DNA of 38,958 nt from the NCBI GenBank assembly GCA_011620345.1, contig WOZJ01000037.1, positions 1 through 38,958 of the forward strand. The letters run 5' to 3'. Positions 18,774 to 27,660 of the stretch are shown one piece after another (the first letter of the stretch is position 1; each line of letters starts with the position of its first letter). Position numbers and translations under genes: made by a program. Source of the DNA: Nitrospirota bacterium (GTDB taxonomy: Bacteria; UBA2233). A model generated the notes under the pieces. That model was not told the origin of the DNA. It ran no database searches and worked only from the letters and a program-made list of their open reading frames with translations.

Positions 18774-19871
18774 ATGAAACTTGACCGTGAGCAGTTCTTT
18801 TCTTACTTGGCCGTAAGAATTCTTGGGCCTAGGCTTGCTAGAAGAATCTTTGAATCGAGCCTTCCTAGGGAAAGACTGCCTGAGATTGGGCGTGAGGAGC
18901 TCTCCGGGATCGTTGGAGCCCTGCCGGGCGCGCTTTGCTGGCCTCCGCCTTTGGAGCAGGTCCAAGGCCTACAAAGAGAGCTTGCCAAGACAATCGAGCA
19001 TGGCGTATCTCCCGTGTTTTTTTTGGGAGAGGGTTATCCAGAACGTCTCAACGCGCTTCCAGACCCTCCGGCATGCTTGTTCATAAAAGGGCATTTCCTT
19101 TCTAGCATGCCATGCGTAGCTATCGTAGGAGCACGGCGCCCCACGGTATATGGCTTGGAGGTTGCGAACCGTTTGGCCAAAGATCTTGCTTTGGCCGGCG
19201 TTGCCGTTGTAAGCGGGCTGGCACGCGGTGTCGACGGAGCGGCCCATGTAGGGGCGCTGGATGCCGAAGGAAAAACCTGGGCGGTTCTTGGCTCCGGGCT
19301 CGATTGCGTCTACCCAAAGGAGCACGAACGGCTTGCCGAAAGGATTCTTAAGGGATGCGGGGCGTTGATCTCGGAGTATCCGCTAGGGTTTTCTCCAAAA
19401 AAGGAGCATTTCCCAAAAAGGAACAGGATTATCGCTGCCCTTGCCGACGGTCTTGTCGTGGTCGAAGCGGGGGAGAAAAGCGGGACGTTGATCACGGTCG
19501 GTTTCGCGCTCGATTTAGGCCGGGAAGTAATGGCCGTGCCGGGGAGCGTGTTTTCAGAACGATCCAAGGGGACCCATACGCTCATTCGTCAAGGGGCACA
19601 GCTCGTCCAGAACGCGACAGAGGTTCTTGAGGTCCTAGGATTTCGGCAGGTTTTACCGAAGATTCCGGCGGATAAGAAGCAGAGCCTTGCAAAGGGTCTC
19701 TTGAGCGATCAAGCTGGCCTGCTCGACCTTCTAGGGCCCTACCCAGAGCACATTGATGCCCTTAAGGCACGCAGCGGCCTCCCGATCGAAGAGCTCTCCG
19801 TTGCGCTTGCCGAATTGGAAGTTCAAGGGCTTGCTCGAAGCTTACCCGGGAAGTATTACCAAAAAAATTAA
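18774..19871 (+). CDS. dprA: DNA-processing protein DprA
   Basis: VAIVGAR, VVSGLARGVDGAAH, FPKRNRIIA, VVEAGEKSGTLIT, LIRQGA, C-terminal winged helix. Confidence 0.95.
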   Translation: MKLDREQFFSYLAVRILGPRLARRIFESSLPRERLPEIGREELSGIVGALPGALCWPPPLEQVQGLQRELAKTIEHGVSPVFFLGEGYPERLNALPDPPACLFIKGHFLSSMPCVAIVGARRPTVYGLEVANRLAKDLALAGVAVVSGLARGVDGAAHVGALDAEGKTWAVLGSGLDCVYPKEHERLAERILKGCGALISEYPLGFSPKKEHFPKRNRIIAALADGLVVVEAGEKSGTLITVGFALDLGREVMAVPGSVFSERSKGTHTLIRQGAQLVQNATEVLEVLGFRQVLPKIPADKKQSLAKGLLSDQAGLLDLLGPYPEHIDALKARSGLPIEELSVALAELEVQGLARSLPGKYYQKN

Positions 19872-19883
19872 GGGGCTTTGGAA

Positions 19884-20546
19884 ATGCGTATTTTCTTGGA
19901 TACTGCCAACCTTGAGGAAATTTCCAGGGCCGTTGCTCTCGGGTTGATTGACGGGGTAACGACCAACCCTACCTTGTTGGCCAAGGCCGGGCTTTCTTTT
20001 CCCGATGGAGTCCTAGAAGTTTGCCGGGCCGTCCAGGGTCCGGTGAGCCTTGAGGTTACGAAAGAAGACGCGGCCGGCATGGTCGAGGAGGGCAGGAGAA
20101 TAGCAGGCCTTGCCCCGAACCTGGTCGTGAAGGTGCCCGTAACGCTAGAAGGGATTCAGGCTATAAGGATGCTTGCAAAAGACGGGATTCCGGTCAACGC
20201 CACGCTTGTATTTCAGCCACTTCAGGCGCTTCTTGCCGCAAGGGCCGGTGCAAAGTACGCAAGCGTATTCCTAGGGAGGTTAGACGACGTCGGCCACGAT
20301 GCCATTTCTATCCTCAGGGAATGCCTTGAGATCTTGGAGGTTTACGGCATGGCCACGGAGCTGATCGCAGCGAGCGTTAGGCACCCTTTGCATGTCCTAA
20401 GGGCGGCTTTGCTCGGGACACCGATTGTTACGCTTCCTTTTGGGGTTCTCCTTGGTCTTGTGGAGCACCCGCTTACCAAGTCTGGGCTTGAACGCTTTTT
20501 GCAGGATGCTCGGTCGGTAGCTTCAAGTATGCATTCTCCAAAATAA
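19884..20546 (+). CDS. tal: Transaldolase (short TalC/MipB subfamily)
   Basis: FLDTAN, GVTTNPT, VVKVP Schiff-base Lys, NATLVF; Glu in VSLEV and Phe in SVFLGR favour transaldolase over FSA. Confidence 0.88.
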   Translation: MRIFLDTANLEEISRAVALGLIDGVTTNPTLLAKAGLSFPDGVLEVCRAVQGPVSLEVTKEDAAGMVEEGRRIAGLAPNLVVKVPVTLEGIQAIRMLAKDGIPVNATLVFQPLQALLAARAGAKYASVFLGRLDDVGHDAISILRECLEILEVYGMATELIAASVRHPLHVLRAALLGTPIVTLPFGVLLGLVEHPLTKSGLERFLQDARSVASSMHSPK

Positions 20547-20569
20547 AAGATGTTGATCACGTATGGGTA

Positions 20570-20598
20570 TTGACGTATAAAACGTTTTACGCTAGCAT
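20570..20598 (+). promoter_or_regulatory. sigma70 promoter of the IclR gene with a palindromic operator candidate in the spacer
   Basis: TTGACG-17 nt-TAGCAT; perfect palindrome TAAAACGTTTTA at 20578-20589. Confidence 0.55.
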
Positions 20599-20636
20599 GA
20601 ATATAATTTTTTTGAACTACGAGAAGGGCAATAAAG

Positions 20637-21428
20637 ATGATCATTCACAGAGAAAAAATTAACTATTTGATCCAGTCTGTTTCGCATGCTATCGATGTCC
20701 TGGAAGAGTTCAAGGGGAACCAAGAAGAGCTTGGTGTAACCGACTTATCGAAAAAGCTAAAATTACATAAGAATAACATTTTTCGTATCCTTGCCACCCT
20801 CGAAGCGAGGGGGTATATAGAACAGAATAAGTCCACAGAGAACTATCGGCTCGGAATCAAATGTTTAGAGTTGGGACAGGCCTACATTAAACAAATGGGG
20901 CTCGTAAGGCAGGCGAAGCCCATCTTGGAGCGTGTCTCGAAAGAAACGGGCGAAACTGCCTACATCTCGTTCATGCGGGGTAGCGGTGTCGTGTACTTAG
21001 ACAGCGTCGAGTCTTCAAAGACGGTCCGGGTCATCTCCAGGGTCGGGTTGACGCTTCCGCCCTACTGCACGGCCTCGGGCAAGGTACACCTCGCTTACTT
21101 GACAGAAGAAGAGAGGGAGAGGGTGCTCCCGGAGGAGTTGCGGCCGTTCACAAAACACACGATTACCGAAAGAGAGCGACTTGTCCAAGACCTAGAGCAG
21201 ATCAAGGAGAAAGGCTGGGCCATCGACAACGAGGAATACGAAGATGAAGTCCGGTGTGCTGCTGCTCCCGTATTCGACTATACGGGCAAGCTTGTAGGTG
21301 CGCTTAGCATCTCCGGCCCGAGCTTTCGTCTAGGCGAAGAAGAGGTCCCGTTGGTTATCGTCCCCGCTGTCAAGCGGGGCGCGGAAGAAGTCTCCCAAAA
21401 GCTTGGGTACACGAAATCGAGCTCCTAA
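20637..21428 (+). CDS. IclR-family transcriptional regulator
   Basis: QSVSHAIDVL...LGVTDLSKKLKLHKNNIFRILATL HTH; YCTASGKV, GWAIDNEE, AAPVFD, ALSISGP. Confidence 0.95.
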   Translation: MIIHREKINYLIQSVSHAIDVLEEFKGNQEELGVTDLSKKLKLHKNNIFRILATLEARGYIEQNKSTENYRLGIKCLELGQAYIKQMGLVRQAKPILERVSKETGETAYISFMRGSGVVYLDSVESSKTVRVISRVGLTLPPYCTASGKVHLAYLTEEERERVLPEELRPFTKHTITERERLVQDLEQIKEKGWAIDNEEYEDEVRCAAAPVFDYTGKLVGALSISGPSFRLGEEEVPLVIVPAVKRGAEEVSQKLGYTKSSS

Positions 21429-21473
21429 GGGAGTTCGATTTTTTATAAGCGATGTAGGCAAGGCATAAAAAAT

Positions 21474-21491
21474 TGAATGAAGCATCAATCG
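21474..21491 (+). promoter_or_regulatory. Putative TetR/FadR operator
   Basis: TGAATGAAGCATCAATCG resembles the Bacillus FadR(YsiA) box TGAATGAnTAnTCATTCA; lies 40 nt upstream of the TetR gene. Confidence 0.5.
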
Positions 21492-21531
21492 GAACTTATT
21501 TTGGATCACGAAAAAACCCTGGCCTAGACGC

Positions 21532-22182
21532 ATGAAAAAAGAACGCGAAAAGTTTTTTCGCATCCTGGACGCGGCCGTACGAGTATTTGCGCAAAAGGGC
21601 TTTTTTAAGGCACGCATCAGCGACATCGCCAAAGGGGCCGGAGTAGCCGACGGCACGGTTTATCTTTACTTTAAGAACAAAGACGACATCCTTATCCAGG
21701 TGTTCGAGGTAAACCTCGATCGGATCCTAAAAGAGCTCCACCTGGAGCTTTCCGTTCTTCCGGGCCCTCTAGAAAAGCTTGAGCGCTGGTTTCGGTACCA
21801 GGTAGAGCTTTTCCAAAGTAGCAAAGAGTTGATCGAGGTGTTGATAGTGGAGATCCGCCAGAGCCACAGATTCATGAAAGAGTACACCCCCAATTTGTAT
21901 TTCGCTTACCTCGATATCCTTGGCTCGGTCTTGGAAGAGGGGAAAGAGAAGGGAGTTTTCGTTGAAACCTTGGATGCAAGTATTTTAAAATACGCAATTT
22001 ATGGGGCGATCGAAGAGGTCGCCCTAAGATGGGTCCTCAAGGGCGGCGCATTCGACATTTCCAGGGCGATTGACGGGCTATTCCTTGTCTGGCTTGAGGG
22101 CATAGCCTATAAAAAGGGGGCAGCTTTCCTGCCCGAGGCGCGTAATATTCCATTGCATACCCAAAAGGGAGGGTTGGCATGA
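21532..22182 (+). CDS. fadR: TetR-family regulator, FadR(YsiA)-like
   Basis: ILDAAVRVFAQKGF...IAKGAGVADGTVYLYFKNKDDIL; VEIRQS; translationally coupled to etfB. Confidence 0.8.
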   Translation: MKKEREKFFRILDAAVRVFAQKGFFKARISDIAKGAGVADGTVYLYFKNKDDILIQVFEVNLDRILKELHLELSVLPGPLEKLERWFRYQVELFQSSKELIEVLIVEIRQSHRFMKEYTPNLYFAYLDILGSVLEEGKEKGVFVETLDASILKYAIYGAIEEVALRWVLKGGAFDISRAIDGLFLVWLEGIAYKKGAAFLPEARNIPLHTQKGGLA

Positions 22183-22934
22183 AGCTATTGGTTGCAGTAA
22201 AAAGGGTGCCGGATCCTGAGGCCAAGATTCGAGTGAAGCCTGACGGGAACAGTATTGTTACGGAGCAGCTCAAGTTCGTCATCAACCCGTTTGACGAAAT
22301 TGCCGTCGAGGAGGCGCTTAGGATCAAAGAGAAGCTTGGCGGAGAGGTTGTCGTCCTATCGATCGGCCCTTCGGAAGCCGCCGAGCAAGTAAGGACCGCG
22401 TTGGCGATGGGAGCCGATCGGGGTGTGCTGGTCAAGACCGATGGGGCATACGCAGACCCGGGGATTATCGCTCGTGCGCTCGCCGAGGTTGCCAAACAAG
22501 AAGGGTTTGACGTGCTTTTGATGGGGAAACAGGCCGTAGATACAGATTATGGCCAGACTTGTGGGATGCTCGCCCAGATCCTTGGCGTTCCCTGCGCCTC
22601 GTTTGCCTACAAGGTGGAAGTTGAAGGGGAGAGCAAACGCCTTGTGGTCGTGCGCGAGGTGGACGGCGGGCTGGAGACCAAACTAATTGGCATGCCATGC
22701 ATCGTGACAGCGGATCTGCGGCTCAATGAGCCCCGATATGCCTCTCTTCCAGGGATTATGAAGGCGAAGAAAAAAGAAATTCGCCAAATATCTCTTGAAG
22801 AGTTGGGGGTTGAGGTGACCCCAAAGCTTCGCGTGGAAAGCCTCGAAGAGCCCCCAAAGAGGCAGGGAGGCCGGAAGGTGGGCTCCGTAGAAGAGCTCGT
22901 CCGTGCGCTGCACGATGAGGCAAAGGTAATCTAA
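22179..22934 (+). CDS. etfB: Electron transfer flavoprotein beta subunit
   Basis: VAVKRVPD, INPFDEIAVEEAL, ALAMGAD, GKQAVD, LRLNEPRYASLP. Confidence 0.96.
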   Translation: MKLLVAVKRVPDPEAKIRVKPDGNSIVTEQLKFVINPFDEIAVEEALRIKEKLGGEVVVLSIGPSEAAEQVRTALAMGADRGVLVKTDGAYADPGIIARALAEVAKQEGFDVLLMGKQAVDTDYGQTCGMLAQILGVPCASFAYKVEVEGESKRLVVVREVDGGLETKLIGMPCIVTADLRLNEPRYASLPGIMKAKKKEIRQISLEELGVEVTPKLRVESLEEPPKRQGGRKVGSVEELVRALHDEAKVI

Positions 22935-22963
22935 AACTCAAGATTGACGAAGGAGTGAAAAAA

Positions 22964-23941
22964 ATGGCCGGTATACTCGTTGTCGCAGAGAACTACGAAG
23001 GAAGGTTGCGCTCGGCTACGTTCCATGCTGTTCAGGCCGCGCTTAGCTATGCCAAGGTGAAGGGCGAACCGGACGTCTTTGCGCTAGTCCTTGGTACCGA
23101 CGCTAGCAAGCTTGCAAGCGAGCTTGCCCTTTACCCTCTTGCCGAAGTCTTTAGTTTAGAGCAACCGGAGGTTGCCCACTATACGGCCGAGGTGTATTCA
23201 GAGGCCATCTCCCAGTTTTTGGAGGCCCGGCCGTTTGATACTCTCATCGGGGCTTCCTCGACGTTCGCTAAAGACTTGTTCCCACGGCTTGCCGAACGCC
23301 TTCGGGGGGGGATGGTCAACGAAGTCCTAGAGATTCTTGCGCCCGATCGCTTCAAGCGGCCGATGTTTGCTGGCAGTGTAATCGCAACGGTTAGGCTAGA
23401 GGGTGACCTCAAGCTGATTACCATTCGGCCAACGGCCTTCGATACCCCTCCTAAGGCGCAAAAAGAGGCTAAAATCACTCCTGTGGGGCCGTTTGCAATA
23501 TCCTTGCCGTTTACGGCTGAGTTTGTGCAGTTCGAAGAAGTCAAGTCAGAAAGGCCAAAACTTACGGAGGCCAAACGGGTGATATCTGGGGGCAGGGGGC
23601 TCAAATCGGCTGAAAACTTCCATTCTATCATCGAGCCTTTAGCCGATACCCTTGGTGCCGCCATCGGCGCCTCGAGGGCTGCAGTTGACAGCGGGTTTTG
23701 TCCAAACGACTATCAAGTAGGCCAGACGGGGAAAGTCGTCGCGCCAGACCTCTATGTCGCGGTTGGAATTTCCGGTGCGATCCAGCACATGGCCGGCATG
23801 AAGGATTCAAAAGTGATCGTGGCCGTGAACAAAGACGAAGAGGCCCCGATCTTCGAGATAGCCGACTATGGACTCGTAGCAGACCTTTTTAAAGCCGTGC
23901 CAGAGATGATCGGGGAGCTGAAGAAGGTCAAAAGTGCCTGA
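22964..23941 (+). CDS. etfA: Electron transfer flavoprotein alpha subunit
   Basis: [36 protein letters not shown] 8 nt before ATG 22964. Confidence 0.96.
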   Translation: MAGILVVAENYEGRLRSATFHAVQAALSYAKVKGEPDVFALVLGTDASKLASELALYPLAEVFSLEQPEVAHYTAEVYSEAISQFLEARPFDTLIGASSTFAKDLFPRLAERLRGGMVNEVLEILAPDRFKRPMFAGSVIATVRLEGDLKLITIRPTAFDTPPKAQKEAKITPVGPFAISLPFTAEFVQFEEVKSERPKLTEAKRVISGGRGLKSAENFHSIIEPLADTLGAAIGASRAAVDSGFCPNDYQVGQTGKVVAPDLYVAVGISGAIQHMAGMKDSKVIVAVNKDEEAPIFEIADYGLVADLFKAVPEMIGELKKVKSA

Positions 23942-23980
23942 TCGTATTCGTCTTTAAAAACCGAAAGGATATAGGCGGTC

Positions 23981-25978
23981 ATGGAGCCCATAGAGAGCGT
24001 AACCAGGGAGGTGTTCCTCCGGTTTTCCTTAGCCGAAAGAATCGTTTTCTACGTGCTAAGCCTGCTGACGATCAGCGTCTTTGTGTACGGGTTCTATGCC
24101 CAAGCGAGACGATGGATGCAAGGCAGGGATGCGCTGTTTGCATGGAACCGCATTCCCGAAAGACTCTTGAGGGTTTTTAGTCAAGTCCTTGGACAGGCAA
24201 AGCTGCTCAGAGAATCCTACAGGGGGTTTGCGCACCTTCTGGTCTTTTGGGGGTTCGTGGTGTTGTTCATCGGGACGGTGATCCTGACCATCGATGAGGA
24301 CACACCGCTTCGCTTCTTCTACGGGGACTTCTATCTTGCATACTCTTGGACCTTAGATCTTTTCGGCCTTTTCCTGCTTGGCGGGCTTGTGCTGTTCGGG
24401 GTTCGGCGTTACGGACTCCACCCTAAGGGATTAAGCTACAAATGGGACGATCACTTCTTGTTCTGGATGCTCCTGCTTTTGGGCATTACAGGGTTTTCAA
24501 CGGAGATCCTAAGGATCGCAGGAGGTGGCGTGGCGTTTCAGGCCTACCCCGAGTTCGAGCGTGTGTCCTTCGTCGGGTTTAGTGCGGCCAAGATGCTTCG
24601 AGGGGCAGACCCCGCCCTTCTCCACGGCCTTCATAAGGCCTCATGGTGGGTTCACGGCCTCCTTTCGCTCGGGTTCATCGCAGTCCTTCCTTACACAAAG
24701 GCCTTTCATTTCTTCAGCTCGCTCTTGAACGTCTTTCTTGCCCCGTTTGAAACCAAACAATACGGGATGCCGAGCTATATCGACTTGGAGAACGCCGAGT
24801 CTATCGGATACAACACCCTAAGCGATTTTACTAAACAAGAGCTCTTAAGCCTGGACGCCTGTACGCGGTGCGGCCGCTGCCAAGAGGTCTGCCCTGCCTA
24901 CGCTACCCAAAAGCCGCTTTCCCCTAAGGGCGTTGTTCTCGATCTAAAGGGCGCGATGCTTGAAGGTGATGGCGAGGATAAGCCCTTGGCGGGCGGTGTC
25001 ATTACGGATGACGTGCTTTGGTCGTGCACGACTTGTAAGGCCTGCGTCGAGGCATGCCCTGTAGAAATCAATCAGATGGGCCTTATCCTTGAGCTTAGAC
25101 GCTCGCTCGTGTTCGAGATGCAAACCCCATCTACGCTCGGTCAAAGCCTCAAGAGAACCACCAACAGCGCCAACCCCTGGGGGCTTCCGAACGAGGATCG
25201 CCTAGCTTGGGCCAAGGGGCTTTCCGTCCCCCTTGCCGCGGAAACGGAGGGGGGCTTCGAATGGCTATACTGGGTCGGTTGCAGTGCTTCTTTCGACCCG
25301 AGGAACCAAAAGATTGCACGCTCGATGGTCAAGCTTTTGGAAGCATCGGGCGTAAACTACGCCGTCTTGGGGCCGGAAGAAAAATGTACGGCGGAATGGG
25401 CAAGAAGGGCCGGAGAAGAGGGCCTATTCCAAATGAACACGCTAGAGAACATCGAGACGTTCAAGCGCTACAATGTCTCGAAGATCTTGACCCATTGTCC
25501 TCACTGTTTAAACACGCTTAAGAATGACTATCCGCAGTTCGGGTTTCAAGCCCAGGTGGTTCACCACAGCACGCTCTTAAGGGACCTGCTAAAGCAAGGC
25601 CGGCTCAAGCTTGGGAAGAAAACTCCTGAATCGCTCGTTTTTCACGACTCGTGCTACCTTGGCAGGTACAACGGAGTGTACGACGCTCCGCGCGAGTTGC
25701 TTCACACCGTGGCCAAGTCGCCCATAAGGGAAATGGAGAGGCGTAGGGAAAAGTCGTTCTGCTGCGGCGGCGGAGGCGGGCTTTCATGGATGGAGTTCGA
25801 CATCGGCAAAAAGATTAATCACGAGCGGATCGAAGAGGCGGCTGCTACGGGAGGAAAGACTCTTGCCGCAGCATGCCCGTTTTGTGTGTTCATGTTCGAC
25901 GACGCCATCAAGGTCAAGAACCTCGAGGAGGAGATAAAGGTCAAGGACCTATCCGAGATCCTCGTCGAATGCCTCTAG
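23981..25978 (+). CDS. fadF: Membrane heme b / Fe-S / CCG-domain oxidoreductase (FadF / ETF:menaquinone oxidoreductase type)
   Basis: N-terminal TM region with His ligands (AHLLVFWGF, WWVH, KAFH); CTRCGRCQEVCP and CTTCKACVEACP; CCG domains (WVGC, CPHC, HDSCYLGR, FCCGGGG, ACPFC); follows etfBA. Confidence 0.88.
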   Translation: MEPIESVTREVFLRFSLAERIVFYVLSLLTISVFVYGFYAQARRWMQGRDALFAWNRIPERLLRVFSQVLGQAKLLRESYRGFAHLLVFWGFVVLFIGTVILTIDEDTPLRFFYGDFYLAYSWTLDLFGLFLLGGLVLFGVRRYGLHPKGLSYKWDDHFLFWMLLLLGITGFSTEILRIAGGGVAFQAYPEFERVSFVGFSAAKMLRGADPALLHGLHKASWWVHGLLSLGFIAVLPYTKAFHFFSSLLNVFLAPFETKQYGMPSYIDLENAESIGYNTLSDFTKQELLSLDACTRCGRCQEVCPAYATQKPLSPKGVVLDLKGAMLEGDGEDKPLAGGVITDDVLWSCTTCKACVEACPVEINQMGLILELRRSLVFEMQTPSTLGQSLKRTTNSANPWGLPNEDRLAWAKGLSVPLAAETEGGFEWLYWVGCSASFDPRNQKIARSMVKLLEASGVNYAVLGPEEKCTAEWARRAGEEGLFQMNTLENIETFKRYNVSKILTHCPHCLNTLKNDYPQFGFQAQVVHHSTLLRDLLKQGRLKLGKKTPESLVFHDSCYLGRYNGVYDAPRELLHTVAKSPIREMERRREKSFCCGGGGGLSWMEFDIGKKINHERIEEAAATGGKTLAAACPFCVFMFDDAIKVKNLEEEIKVKDLSEILVECL

Positions 25979-26638
25979 TTCGAGCCAATACTTGCGAATA
26001 TCCAAAATTTCGAAGCCTTGGGCCTCCAGTGCTTCCCGAACAGGCAGGGGGTTGATTGTGGCAAGACGAAGGAGAAGGACAAGCTGAGGAGATTCCTTTT
26101 TAACCATTTCGAACAGTAGGCTAACGACCTCGACGCCCAAGCGCCTTGCCGCTTCAAGAACGCGAATCGTATCAGAGGTTTTATCCGCAACGAGTACTTC
26201 GATCCTAGAGGTATTTTTGTTGACCCCAAGAACGCATTCAAACGCCCTTAAGAGGTCTGTCTTGGTAAGGATCCCTAAAGGCCGGGCATCTTCGTCGACG
26301 ACGGGCAGCCCGTTGAACCTGTGGGTGTTGAAGATACTCAGCGCATCCTCAAGCGTATCGGTTGGGTAGAGCGTGACAGGGTCTTTTGTCATAAACGAAA
26401 CGACGGGCGCGGCCTCCATCAAATCCTTAAGCGTTTTGCCCTGAAAGCTAGACATGTAGACCAAGGAAGTCTTGGCATCGCGTAGGTCCCTATCGGAAAA
26501 GATGCCTACTAGCTTACCCGCCTCCTGAACCATGATTTGGTTTACTTGATGGGTTTTCATTAGCTCTTCGGCCTTCAGCAAGGCGTCTTGCGTGTTGATA
26601 CATACGGGGGTAGAAGTCATCCAGTTGAAAACAAACAT
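25949..26638 (-). CDS. acuB: CBS-pair + ACT-like domain protein (AcuB-like)
   Basis: MFV..WMTS.P, LVGIFSDRDLRDA, FMTKDPVT, GLPVVD, GILTKTDLL; C-terminal ACT-like SRIEV...LLRLAT.....VREALEAQGF; GAGGAG RBS. Confidence 0.8.
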   Translation of the reverse strand: MFVFNWMTSTPVCINTQDALLKAEELMKTHQVNQIMVQEAGKLVGIFSDRDLRDAKTSLVYMSSFQGKTLKDLMEAAPVVSFMTKDPVTLYPTDTLEDALSIFNTHRFNGLPVVDEDARPLGILTKTDLLRAFECVLGVNKNTSRIEVLVADKTSDTIRVLEAARRLGVEVVSLLFEMVKKESPQLVLLLRLATINPLPVREALEAQGFEILDIRKYWLELEAFDEDLG

Positions 26639-26686
26639 TGCTCGCTCCTCTTCTCGTCTTGCATCTTCTCTGCATTTTGTTGTTTG

Positions 26687-27646
26687 CTAAAGAGCATCCA
26701 CAAGCCCTTCGACGTAGGCCATGCAAAGGTTTCCGAGTTCTGGAAGGAAATAACCGCCCTCGAGTACGGAAAGCACTCTGCCCTTGGAGAATGCCCTGGC
26801 GTATACCCCTATCCGCCTGCCAAAATGCTCATAGGCTTTTTCGGTGAAGTTCAGATGAGCCAAGGGGTCGTGCTCGTAGGCATCGAACCCTGCGCTTACG
26901 AGGACGAAATCCGCTTTGAAAACCTCCGTTATCTGCTCGAGGGCATAGTCGAACGCCGGCAGCGCTCGGTCATCGCCCGTAGATGGGGGCATGGGGACGT
27001 TGAGCGTAAAACCCTTTCCGGTTCCGATGCCAACCTCACTCCGCCTCCCTGTCCCTGGAAACAGGAAGCTCGGATGTTCGTGGATGCTGAAGTAGAAGAC
27101 GCTCGGGTCTTCCTCGAAAATATGCTGGGTGCCATTCCCGTGGTGGACGTCAAAGTCGACAACGAGAACCTTCTCTATACCGTAGCGGCTTTTGAGGTAT
27201 CTTGCTGCGATCGCGATGTTGTTGAAGTAGCAAAACCCCATTGCCTTGGTCCGCTCGGCATGGTGTCCTGGGGGGCGGATTGCACAAAACCCGCTATCAA
27301 TCTCTTCGGCCATGACTGCTTCAATGTGCTTTAAGATCCCTCCGACGGCTTGAGAAGAGGCTTCGAAGCTTCTTTCCGAAATGCAGTTGTCGTAAGAATG
27401 AAAGTAGCTCAGCCCACTTTGGCAGGCGCTCCGGAATTCCTCGATGTATTCCTTGGAGTGTACGAGTTGGATTGCGTCCATGTCTGCCGAGTCAGCGTGA
27501 AACCGTTTAAGCATCGGGCCGAACCGGTGGGAATCAAGACCGGCTTGAATCGCTCGAATCCTTTGAGCGCACTCAGGGTGCCCTTCCTCGGTTTCATGGG
27601 CCTCATAGATTGGATCGATCAAAAATCCAAACCGCTTTGGATCCAA
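26687..27646 (-). CDS. Zn-dependent histone deacetylase-family protein (AcuC/APAH-like)
   Basis: HPEC, RPPGHHA, GFCYFNN, DFDVHHGNGT, SAGFD, VLEGGY all intact; TTG start with AAGGAG RBS. Confidence 0.93.
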   Translation of the reverse strand: MDPKRFGFLIDPIYEAHETEEGHPECAQRIRAIQAGLDSHRFGPMLKRFHADSADMDAIQLVHSKEYIEEFRSACQSGLSYFHSYDNCISERSFEASSQAVGGILKHIEAVMAEEIDSGFCAIRPPGHHAERTKAMGFCYFNNIAIAARYLKSRYGIEKVLVVDFDVHHGNGTQHIFEEDPSVFYFSIHEHPSFLFPGTGRRSEVGIGTGKGFTLNVPMPPSTGDDRALPAFDYALEQITEVFKADFVLVSAGFDAYEHDPLAHLNFTEKAYEHFGRRIGVYARAFSKGRVLSVLEGGYFLPELGNLCMAYVEGLVDAL

Positions 27647-27660
27647 CGCGATCTCCTTAA

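Noticed and set aside
26588-27334. 248-aa plus-strand ORF, and similar antisense ORFs at 28650-29453, 33298-33963, 14559-15227 and 35321-35974
   Set aside because: Shadow ORFs opposite well-supported genes, with no recognisable motifs
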